From the IMG/VR virus record IMGVR_UViG_3300029916_000002: a stretch of DNA of 64,000 nt, one strand, 5' to 3'. A program made the translations under genes and the position numbers. This stretch comes from an uncultured virus (IMG/VR IMGVR_UViG_3300029916_000002) (taxonomy: Duplodnaviria; Heunggongvirae; Uroviricota; Caudoviricetes). Shown piece after piece: positions 38,607 through 46,445 of the stretch. Each line of letters opens with the position of its first letter. Positions within the stretch are counted from its first letter, which is position 1. The notes beneath the pieces are model-generated. The model did not search any database and was not told the DNA's origin. It saw nothing but the letters and a program-made list of their open reading frames with translations.

Positions 38607-38622
38607 GCTCGGCGAACCGGGC
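38607..38622. repeat. GC-rich intergenic hairpin, copy 3 of the GCCCGG-TTCG family
   Basis: Minus strand GCCCGG TTCG CCGAGC. Confidence 0.7.
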
Positions 38623-38629
38623 TGAATTG

Positions 38630-38812
38630 TTAATTATTAACTGCGCGAAGGATGGCAGACGGCGATTTAGATTTCCCATGATAAGGCTTTAGATAAATCC
38701 AATCACCATTTACCAGCTCATAAACGCTGTTATCTTTCTCATTAAATTGATAACTTTTACCACTTGGCGTCACGAACTCTACGACGCCTTGGAAAATACT
38801 GATATTTTTCAT
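38630..38812 (-). CDS. Hypothetical early protein
   Basis: GAGG RBS, directly after an operator-promoter. Confidence 0.7.
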   Translation of the reverse strand: MKNISIFQGVVEFVTPSGKSYQFNEKDNSVYELVNGDWIYLKPYHGKSKSPSAILRAVNN

Positions 38813-38843
38813 TTTCGTTCCTCAGTCCCGTTTCGACACAGAT

Positions 38844-38885
38844 ACAATAACGCCAATGAACACCGATGTAAAGTGTTCATTGGCG
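38844..38885 (-). promoter_or_regulatory. Sigma70-type early promoter overlapped by inverted operator pair
   Basis: TTTACA-N17-TATTGT on minus strand; CGCCAATGAAC 38851-38861, N13, GTTCATTGGCG 38875-38885. Confidence 0.8.
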
Positions 38886-38906
38886 GAATTTTAAAAATAT
38901 TTTAAA

Positions 38907-39842
38907 TCAATAGTCGGTCACGTCGTCGGGATGACGAAACCCTTTAAAAATACCATGGCGCGGCTTATCTTTTGCGCCCTTCGGAAAATGCTTAAATGTT
39001 ATCTGTTTGCCTTTATCTTGAGTCAGCGAAGCGAATCTAGCCGCACGTTCGTCTTTTTTCATGCTACCGCAACTCACTTTAAACGGATCTTTCCATTTTG
39101 GCGATGTACACCAATAAGCCCCTAATATCCCAGATTTTGATAAACCTTCTGCATTAGTCGATCTGGCAGAATGCCCTAGTTCATTTGTGAACGATTCGTT
39201 ATCATTATGCATTAATTCTTCCCCGTCAATAATAGTCGCTTCATCATCTACAAATCGTTTGACCTTTAATAGCCAGCCTTGTTTAACCGTGCTCCGACCA
39301 AATTTATACAATCCTTCGGGAGCACGAAGCATAACTCCCTCATAACCGGCAGTTATAATTTTATCTTCTTCAAAATCCAACTCTTCTAGACTGTGAATTA
39401 ATTTTTGTCTCAACACAATAACACGATTTTGCGATCCTGAATTTTCGAGAATTTGATTAACAACTTTTGCGCGGCCATAAAATAAGTCATATCTTTCAAT
39501 AAAAGGCGTGTCGCAATTATTCCACGTATCAAACATGAAAAAATTAAAATTTGGTTCTCCCTTTATAGTCATAACTCCAGACAGTGAATTGTTATATGTT
39601 TCTGGAAGATTAGGGTTGCCAACGATCAATTCTCCATCAAACCCTGTAAATTCCTGCATAGATAATTTTGATTGAATAAATAAATTAGGGATCAGTTTAT
39701 TGGTATTACTCAAAGGTAAATTAGCAACACCATGACAACGAATGCCATCAAGTTTAGCGGATAAGACACAAGGGAATTTTAATAATTCCGGTACATAGTG
39801 TTCGCCTTTCATGGGTTTTATAATAGCTGGATATTTTGGCAT
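38907..39842 (-). CDS. ATP-dependent DNA ligase
   Basis: Motif I KLDGIR, DGEL, FD, YEGVMLR and LLKVK. Confidence 0.93.
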   Translation of the reverse strand: MPKYPAIIKPMKGEHYVPELLKFPCVLSAKLDGIRCHGVANLPLSNTNKLIPNLFIQSKLSMQEFTGFDGELIVGNPNLPETYNNSLSGVMTIKGEPNFNFFMFDTWNNCDTPFIERYDLFYGRAKVVNQILENSGSQNRVIVLRQKLIHSLEELDFEEDKIITAGYEGVMLRAPEGLYKFGRSTVKQGWLLKVKRFVDDEATIIDGEELMHNDNESFTNELGHSARSTNAEGLSKSGILGAYWCTSPKWKDPFKVSCGSMKKDERAARFASLTQDKGKQITFKHFPKGAKDKPRHGIFKGFRHPDDVTDY

Positions 39843-40054
39843 TATTTTAAAATTCCTAAATGAGAATAATATTCTGATGCACGTTGCGCGGCTTTCATTG
39901 TTCTAAATACTCGGATGGAAGATACACTTAAAATTCGTCCGCCTTTGAACTGAACGTAAATATTGCTTCCCGCCATATCTTCATTAGCGATAACTTCTTT
40001 TATCTCACCGTCTCGATTCACAAAATAAACGGTTTCACCCTTTTTGATATTCAT
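39842..40054 (-). CDS. Small SH3-like hypothetical protein
   Basis: IKKGETVYFV...; coupled operon. Confidence 0.65.
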   Translation of the reverse strand: MNIKKGETVYFVNRDGEIKEVIANEDMAGSNIYVQFKGGRILSVSSIRVFRTMKAAQRASEYYSHLGILK

Positions 40055-40614
40055 TTTTCTAAGCCAAGCTCCTTTAAAATAGGTTCGTATTTGGTATCTG
40101 TCGACTTAATGAATGCGCCGTTATACATAATGCCTTTACGGTTTTTAATTTCTTTATAAGCCGATTCAACGCAATCTTTATAATCCAAATCATAATAAAT
40201 AGCGGCGGAAGTGAGATATTGAAGACTCAATCCAATGAAGATCCTTGTGGTGTCCAAATCGTTTTTAAGGATTGCATCGCCAAGTTTTCCGAGACATGAA
40301 CCTAATAATATTTCGTTATTATCAGTATCTGGAAGAGAGTCTATATAAAGTAGTTCATTAAAGGATAATCCTAACTGTGAAGATAGAATTTTAAAAACAA
40401 CAGATATGTCTCCAATGTCATCTTTAATTAAATTAATATCCTCATATTCGTCATCCTCTTCTAAATCAGTCAGAAAATGATCCGCATGGGCGCACAATTC
40501 TCCGAATTCACTAATTAATTTAATAAACTGATCCTTAGCGGTTGAACCTTTAATAATGTTCCTATCATTGGCCCAAGCTTCGATTAAATCAAAAGTCGTT
40601 TCTAATGTTTCCAT
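40051..40614 (-). CDS. MazG-like nucleotide pyrophosphohydrolase
   Basis: WANDRNI, QFIKLISEFGEL, IKDDIGD and AYKEIKNRKG.M.NG.FIK motifs. Confidence 0.85.
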   Translation of the reverse strand: METLETTFDLIEAWANDRNIIKGSTAKDQFIKLISEFGELCAHADHFLTDLEEDDEYEDINLIKDDIGDISVVFKILSSQLGLSFNELLYIDSLPDTDNNEILLGSCLGKLGDAILKNDLDTTRIFIGLSLQYLTSAAIYYDLDYKDCVESAYKEIKNRKGIMYNGAFIKSTDTKYEPILKELGLEK

Positions 40615-41207
40615 TATTTTTTATCCTCAGTTGTTACCGAACCGGGAGCCATTGCAAACTGCGTAATCGCATTGGTTTGCGTTGAACCGTCTTTTGTCAT
40701 GCCGAAATAAAAGCCGTAAACTTGTTTCAATTCGTTAAATAAATAGCCTAATACCGTACCGATAATAGCCGCTGATGTTGGATTAGCTAATTGCGCCTCG
40801 GCGAATCCGCCGAAAATTAAAATTGTTAGGCCAATAACACCGATAGTTAATATAATAGCAATCGATGGGCGTATCCAATCTTTAGGCTGTTGCGCGGCAA
40901 GTTTGCGCGCACTGTCACGGTCGGCAGCTTCCGCTTGATATTGCGCCGTAGCAGCGACTAATTGATTTTGCGCGGCAGTTACCTGGAGTTGTTGCAATTG
41001 AACTTTAGAATTAATTTGTATTTCTTGCAGCTTTTCCGCTAGCGTAGGATCGGCAGCAATTGCATTGTTCAACGCATCCGGGGTATTGGCAATGCCCAGA
41101 CTCGATGATATTAACGAACCGACCGCCGCGCCAGCGGGACCGCCGAGTAAAGTTCCGAGAATAGGCGCAGCTTTGCCTATGGCACTTTCTAAATCGCTCC
41201 AATTCAT
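40614..41207 (-). CDS. Holin-like membrane protein (3TM-holin type)
   Basis: AP.LGTLLGGPAG, DRDSAR, WIRP, two TM helices and YFG motif. Confidence 0.65.
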   Translation of the reverse strand: MNWSDLESAIGKAAPILGTLLGGPAGAAVGSLISSSLGIANTPDALNNAIAADPTLAEKLQEIQINSKVQLQQLQVTAAQNQLVAATAQYQAEAADRDSARKLAAQQPKDWIRPSIAIILTIGVIGLTILIFGGFAEAQLANPTSAAIIGTVLGYLFNELKQVYGFYFGMTKDGSTQTNAITQFAMAPGSVTTEDKK

Positions 41208-41464
41208 GATTTTTTACCTTCTATTAACGTGTAATAACGGTGAATATCTTCCGCCACAGCATAAAACTGGACTCCGTCAAAAAGTAAACAATAATACGCT
41301 CCTTTAACTGGATTCCACCTTTTAATGTAGTCTTCACTAACGAAGAAATCGTGATCGCTATCGTCACTTTGCAAAACTGCTCCGCCTCTTATGTCTGGAA
41401 TAATCTCTCTTATTTTAGCCGCCCAAACATAACATATATATTTCGGTATGCCTATTTCGTTCAT
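41204..41464 (-). CDS. Small phage protein
   Basis: PKY...VWA.KI...VS.DY....P..G.YY....DG pattern; GAGG RBS. Confidence 0.65.
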   Translation of the reverse strand: MNEIGIPKYICYVWAAKIREIIPDIRGGAVLQSDDSDHDFFVSEDYIKRWNPVKGAYYCLLFDGVQFYAVAEDIHRYYTLIEGKKS

Positions 41465-41565
41465 ATGACCTCAAAATACAAATATTAATAAATTAATTAA
41501 TATCGCAACGACAATTATCATTACAATATCGCGTATAGAATCTTTCAAGAACTGTTTATTTATTT

Positions 41566-42624
41566 TCATTTTGCCGCAGCCTCGTTAATTCTTTCAAGTT
41601 TATCGGAAATATAGGGTATAACAACTTCATCAATAAAAGATGACCATGTTCTATGATTTTCTTTTCTGCAAGTATCATGTCCGCAACCAAAAACAAATTC
41701 GTTTTCCGCGCCTGGAATAGGTCCGCGAAAATACGCTCCAAAAGGATCGCCGTTAGCGTGTTCATATCCCCAAGGACAACGAATTCTATATTTCCCTGAT
41801 TGATTTTGTACAACTTCGCCGCCAGCGCCTTCACCCATTCTTAACTCATTTGTTATCTGGATAGCCATTTTAAGCCAAATAGCATCTATCTTATAATCGG
41901 TTTCGTTAAATTCTTGCTGGCGACGAGTGGGTAATATAATTTCGAATTGAAATGCTTGTGCTATTTCGTCTGGATTATAACGACGCGAATAATCAGCTTC
42001 GATTAAATGAACTTGATATTTCCCATCTTCATACTTATATTCTCCCGATTTGTTACGTTTATTATTAATTCCGCAAGGCATCCGGCCATAACGCGAAGCA
42101 TCTTTGATAGTATAATCGCCGCCCTTTTCTAAAACATTACTAACGAATCCGATTAATAAAGCGCGGAAATAAAGGAGACTTTCTTGCGGTTCTCTGAAAA
42201 AATACCACAATTGAAAATTATCAGGGGATGTCTCTACAATGGCAGTCGGCGGCAATATTTTTTTGAAATGATCTAAATCTAATCCGCCTTTCGATCCATT
42301 ACCGTGGCCTATGTCATCTACCATGAGCGCTAACCCATGACCAAACGACGCATCGCCGCGCCAAAAGCGCATGAGACCGGTTTTCGGATTGGGAGTTTTA
42401 ATAGACGAGGAAATGCACGCGTAACAATTGGCATTAGTATTAATGGGTTTGCCTAATTTCCACGGAGCGGGCCACCAACCGGCGTTTATTTTTTTACCGT
42501 ATTCATCTACTTGGACCGTTGCTTCATCTGCATAACCGGCCATTACGCGTTCGGTGTCTGGGATCGTGTTCTGCAATTCAGTTAAAAATTTTTCCGCGAT
42601 TTCCGTAATTTCGCGCCGATTCAT
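41566..42624 (-). CDS. RepB-like (AEP superfamily) DNA primase
   Basis: LMVDDIG, PTAIVETSPDNFQLWY, RYGRMP.G.N.K; C-terminal CPW..EH...F.CGH..C zinc motif. Confidence 0.85.
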   Translation of the reverse strand: MNRREITEIAEKFLTELQNTIPDTERVMAGYADEATVQVDEYGKKINAGWWPAPWKLGKPINTNANCYACISSSIKTPNPKTGLMRFWRGDASFGHGLALMVDDIGHGNGSKGGLDLDHFKKILPPTAIVETSPDNFQLWYFFREPQESLLYFRALLIGFVSNVLEKGGDYTIKDASRYGRMPCGINNKRNKSGEYKYEDGKYQVHLIEADYSRRYNPDEIAQAFQFEIILPTRRQQEFNETDYKIDAIWLKMAIQITNELRMGEGAGGEVVQNQSGKYRIRCPWGYEHANGDPFGAYFRGPIPGAENEFVFGCGHDTCRKENHRTWSSFIDEVVIPYISDKLERINEAAAK

Positions 42625-42684
42625 TTATAAAGCCCCTTAGATCATGAGGTTAGAGAACTTACGTCTTATCATCAAAATTCATTA

Positions 42685-42749
42685 TCGCATTTTATGCGCT
42701 GGCAGATCAAACGATTTCGATTGAAAAACTTTAATTTTTGCCGCAAAAT
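42685..42749. promoter_or_regulatory. Divergent sigma70-like promoters between primase and replication operon
   Basis: Minus TTGATC-N18-GATAAT; plus TTGAAA(42721)-N17-CAAAAT. Confidence 0.5.
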
Positions 42750-42784
42750 CGACTTATCAATATTTTTGGGAGAATTTACGAAAA

Positions 42785-43228
42785 ATGACAATAGACAAAA
42801 ATGAGGTTTCATACGAAGGAATCCTCATTATGAACACGCTGGGAGACCGTCGATTGATCAGTCTTAGGCTAGGGCATCGGCACTGGCTCGCGCCCGCTGG
42901 GGGCCGATTCCGGCGGTCAGATGGCGGTTTAGCTGGGAGTCAAAAAGCGGTTCCTCGCCTATTACTTGAACATATTACTCCCAACCCAGCTAGAGTATAC
43001 CTGCCAATTACGCACAGCGCACAGGCACGGCCTTACGGTAAACGGCTGTCTTATACTAAGGCTATCTATCTAACGGAAACTATAACGCGCTATATAAGCG
43101 ACGATGGATTAATATTCAACAAAAAAACGGGATGGTCTTATAATTGCGATCAGGACGGAAAGCGCGTGCAGATTATCTTAGACACTATTCAATCTTTTAT
43201 TCCCGAATGGAAACAAAATAATGACTGA
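42785..43228 (+). CDS. Hypothetical protein
   Basis: GGGAG RBS; overlaps the helicase start. Confidence 0.6.
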   Translation: MTIDKNEVSYEGILIMNTLGDRRLISLRLGHRHWLAPAGGRFRRSDGGLAGSQKAVPRLLLEHITPNPARVYLPITHSAQARPYGKRLSYTKAIYLTETITRYISDDGLIFNKKTGWSYNCDQDGKRVQIILDTIQSFIPEWKQNND

Positions 43229-44369
43229 TACATTAAATAATCAACAGCAGGAAGGTTTGGGTTTAGCCGTAGAATGGTACAATGATAGAAAAAAATTTAT
43301 ATCAAATAAGCCATTTTTCTTTTTATCTGGAGTCGCAGGATCGGGAAAAACCTTTCTTGCAAAACATATCGCTAACCAATGCTGCGGCATGAGCAATTCT
43401 GTTTTTATGGCTCCCACGGGTAAAGCTGCCAGTCGTCTTAAACAAAAAGGTTGCTCAAGAGCACAAACGATGCACCACTTTATCTATAATTTTATGGGCG
43501 AAAGCGATGACGGAGATCTTATATTTCACTCAAAAAAACAATTAGAGGAACAACCAAAATTAATCGTTTTAGATGAGGCAATGATGGTTGGGATGTACGA
43601 TGCCGACAAAATTTTGTCGCACAACATATCATTGTTAGCTCTCGGCGATCTTCATCAATTGCCGCCTGTTAAGGATTCTCCATTCTTTAATAAAAATAAT
43701 GTTGACTATATGTTGACGCAAATAGAAAGGCAAAAAGAAAATTCTAATATTGTTCGAGCATCAGTATTCGTTCGCGATGGTTATTCATTACCAGTTAGAG
43801 AATATGGAGACGTGGCCGTAAGGGATGGGAAGCCGAATTCTAAATTGCTGGTGGAATATTCGGAAAATGATTCGCAGATTATTTGCTCTCGCAATGCAAC
43901 TCGGCAATCCTATAATACATTAATTAGAACATTGCGCGGCCATGTCGGAAGTATGCCTTGTATCGGAGAAAAATTAGTATGCGTATTCAATCAGCATAAA
44001 TACGATTTTATGAATGGCGAGCAATGCATTTTGCTCGGACTGGAGCCGTTACCTGGATATGAATTAGACGATAACGATCTTAGCGGTCTAATGATGGCTC
44101 GCGTTTTAAGCCTGACCAACAATAAAGAAATTAAAATAAAGTTTAATCCTGACTCATTTAGTGTCGATCCCGAGGCGCGGCAAGAGGCGTTAAAACATGT
44201 CGGCGGCTTAGATTTTGGGTATGTGCTAACAGTCCACAAATCGCAGGGATCGGAATGGCCGAATGTCATGATACTCGACGAAAAAATCCCGAGTATCCCA
44301 TATCGATTGATGATGTATACCGCAATCACGCGAGCCATTAATAAATTGATAATTTATCGTAATCAGTAA
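43221..44369 (+). CDS. RecD/Dda-like SF1 helicase
   Basis: GVAGSGKT, APTGKAA, VLDEA, GDLHQLPPV, LTQIERQ, TVHKSQGSEW and YTAITRA. Confidence 0.93.
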   Translation: MTDTLNNQQQEGLGLAVEWYNDRKKFISNKPFFFLSGVAGSGKTFLAKHIANQCCGMSNSVFMAPTGKAASRLKQKGCSRAQTMHHFIYNFMGESDDGDLIFHSKKQLEEQPKLIVLDEAMMVGMYDADKILSHNISLLALGDLHQLPPVKDSPFFNKNNVDYMLTQIERQKENSNIVRASVFVRDGYSLPVREYGDVAVRDGKPNSKLLVEYSENDSQIICSRNATRQSYNTLIRTLRGHVGSMPCIGEKLVCVFNQHKYDFMNGEQCILLGLEPLPGYELDDNDLSGLMMARVLSLTNNKEIKIKFNPDSFSVDPEARQEALKHVGGLDFGYVLTVHKSQGSEWPNVMILDEKIPSIPYRLMMYTAITRAINKLIIYRNQ

Positions 44370-44377
44370 AATTTATT

Positions 44378-44406
44378 TTGCAATGAACGCCAAAAACTCA
44401 TATACT
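44378..44406 (+). promoter_or_regulatory. Sigma70 promoter with operator core overlapping -35
   Basis: TTGCAA-N17-TATACT; CAATGAAC 44381-44388. Confidence 0.75.
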
Positions 44407-44456
44407 CGATGTGTTGATTAAATCTTTTAAAATTCACTTAATATAGAGGTTCGAAA

Positions 44457-45524
44457 ATGGCACATAAGAAAGCAGTTGTAACGAAAGAAACCGAATTTTC
44501 TCCGACAGCCGATACCAGCTTTAACCCGATCATAGATGCCGAACTCAGTGCTGATCTCGAACTCGGCCCCGACGCGCAATTTTCCGTGGTATCCCAGAAT
44601 GATAATGACGCCCGAGATGAGATTATCGGCGACGTTGAGACGACAGACGAAGACCCGGCGCAAGACGAAAATGCCAAGGCAGGAGATGACGCAGCCGACG
44701 CGCTGGCCGCCGGGTCTACCGTGCTGGAAAAGGCGCTTGCTAAGATCAACACGCAAATCAACGAAGCTCAGGCGAAACTCGATGCGCAAGACAAAGTAGA
44801 ATGGCAAAAATTTTACGACAAAGAGGCCGAACGAGATCTTCGCGCTATCGGCGAAAAACAATTGCGACTTGATCAGCAAACGGAACGGTTAGCGCTGAAA
44901 AATAAAGGCAAATTGGCGGCGCTTGAAGCACGTAAACAGCAAATCCTCGACAACGCCGAACAGTACGAAAAAGAACAGGCGGAAAAAGAGCAAAAACGTA
45001 TCGACGAAGAAAAAGCCAAGTTGCAGGCTAAGATCGATAAAAAAGCCGAAAAAGCAGCCAAAGCCCTGGAAGCAAAAGCTGCACGCGAAGCCGTCGCCGC
45101 GACGCTTAAAACTCAGAAGCAGAGCGAAAATAAAGAGCGCAAAGATAAATTTACCGCCCGTCAGGAAGAATTGGCGAAGTTCCCCGGTCGTCGTCGCAAA
45201 GCTACTGATTTTATCTATCAGGGTGACGGATTTTCAACGCCGCAGCAATTCAGTATTCGCGGCAAAGTGTTCCAATATTTGAAAGACAATTACAATATTG
45301 GCGATAAAATCAATGTGGAACTTTTTGGCGCGGAAGTTAAACCTCTTTTGTATGGCACTAACGTGCGTTCGTATCTCGGCAAACTGGAAGAATACGGCCA
45401 GATTGATTTCATTACTCCGGTAGATGTGCCGGTAGAAACCGAATCCGATCGCCCGGTTTTGCATGACGATTTCGCAGACGAAGGCGAAGGCGAAAGCGAT
45501 CAGTCGGATGAAGATTACGAATAA
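44457..45524 (+). CDS. Acidic/coiled-coil protein with putative C-terminal winged-helix DNA-binding domain
   Basis: Long K/E/A coiled coil, then SIRGKVFQYLK...NVRSYLGKLEEYGQIDF. Confidence 0.65.
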   Translation: MAHKKAVVTKETEFSPTADTSFNPIIDAELSADLELGPDAQFSVVSQNDNDARDEIIGDVETTDEDPAQDENAKAGDDAADALAAGSTVLEKALAKINTQINEAQAKLDAQDKVEWQKFYDKEAERDLRAIGEKQLRLDQQTERLALKNKGKLAALEARKQQILDNAEQYEKEQAEKEQKRIDEEKAKLQAKIDKKAEKAAKALEAKAAREAVAATLKTQKQSENKERKDKFTARQEELAKFPGRRRKATDFIYQGDGFSTPQQFSIRGKVFQYLKDNYNIGDKINVELFGAEVKPLLYGTNVRSYLGKLEEYGQIDFITPVDVPVETESDRPVLHDDFADEGEGESDQSDEDYE

Positions 45525-45552
45525 TACATAAGACATTCTAATGTATTAAAGT

Positions 45553-45610
45553 TTGCCTATTTCGACAATGAACGATATAATGCTAGAGACGTAAAAATCT
45601 CTAGCATTTT
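45553..45610 (+). promoter_or_regulatory. Promoter of the polymerase operon with operator core, overlapping a terminator-like hairpin
   Basis: TTGCCT-N17-TATAAT; CAATGAAC 45566-45573; AATGCTAGAGA/TCTCTAGCATT stem followed by T residues. Confidence 0.7.
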
Positions 45611-45629
45611 CTTTGGTAAGGATAAATAA

Positions 45630-45878
45630 ATGCCCATTATTTCAAAAGATGCTTTACCCAAAAAAGATTTGAATTCCCTCGGTATTTTAGGAATTCAAGA
45701 AAATATTAACGTATTGGAAATTACGCTGAATTCTGATGATGTCGTTATTAATCAAGATAAATTGCTCGGAAATACTCGCATTGTCATTCGCACTCCAGGC
45801 GAAATATGTTTTCAAGTCACTGGCGAATATGATCATACGGATAATGAAGATGTTTTTTATGTGAAGGAGGTTGAATAA
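45630..45878 (+). CDS. Hypothetical protein
   Basis: AAGGA RBS; stop/start overlap with the exonuclease. Confidence 0.7.
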   Translation: MPIISKDALPKKDLNSLGILGIQENINVLEITLNSDDVVINQDKLLGNTRIVIRTPGEICFQVTGEYDHTDNEDVFYVKEVE

Positions 45879-46438
45879 TGGCTCACATCTACGCGATAAT
45901 CGATACTGAAACGACGGGATTAACAAAACATCCAGATGTAGACGTTTCACAGCAACCTAAAATAATTGAATTCGGCGGAATATTGACGGATGGTGTTAAT
46001 GTTCTAGAAAAATTGAATTTTATTTGCAATCCAATTGTAAACGGTAAGCCGGTAATTTTAGAACCCTTAATCACAAAAATTACAGGATTGACTAACGAAG
46101 ATTTAAGCGGTGAGCCAGAATTTAAAACATACATCCCTGATTTAAAAAATTTCCTTTCAAAAGCAGATGTCGTTATTGCACATAATATGAGTTTTGATAG
46201 ATCCCTCATATTTTACGAAATGATTCGCATGGGCCTTACTCTCGATGATATTAGTTTTCCAAAAATTCAATGGTGTACTGTTGAATTCACAATGCCTCAA
46301 TTCGGTTATCGCCGTAAACTAATCGACCTCTATAATATGTATTGTCCGAAAGCAATTCAAACGCATCGCGCCGATGATGACGTACTGATGCTATTTGAAA
46401 TCTGCAAAGCGTTAAATATTTTTCATTTAATGGTATAG
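45878..46438 (+). CDS. DEDDh 3'-5' exonuclease (DnaQ/epsilon-like)
   Basis: DTETTG, AHNMSFD and HRADDD motifs. Confidence 0.92.
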   Translation: MAHIYAIIDTETTGLTKHPDVDVSQQPKIIEFGGILTDGVNVLEKLNFICNPIVNGKPVILEPLITKITGLTNEDLSGEPEFKTYIPDLKNFLSKADVVIAHNMSFDRSLIFYEMIRMGLTLDDISFPKIQWCTVEFTMPQFGYRRKLIDLYNMYCPKAIQTHRADDDVLMLFEICKALNIFHLMV

Positions 46439-46445
46439 GATCATC

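Noticed and set aside
41556..41834. 92-aa ORF overlapping the primase 3' end
   Set aside because: Alternate frame over the conserved zinc-binding region; no RBS support.
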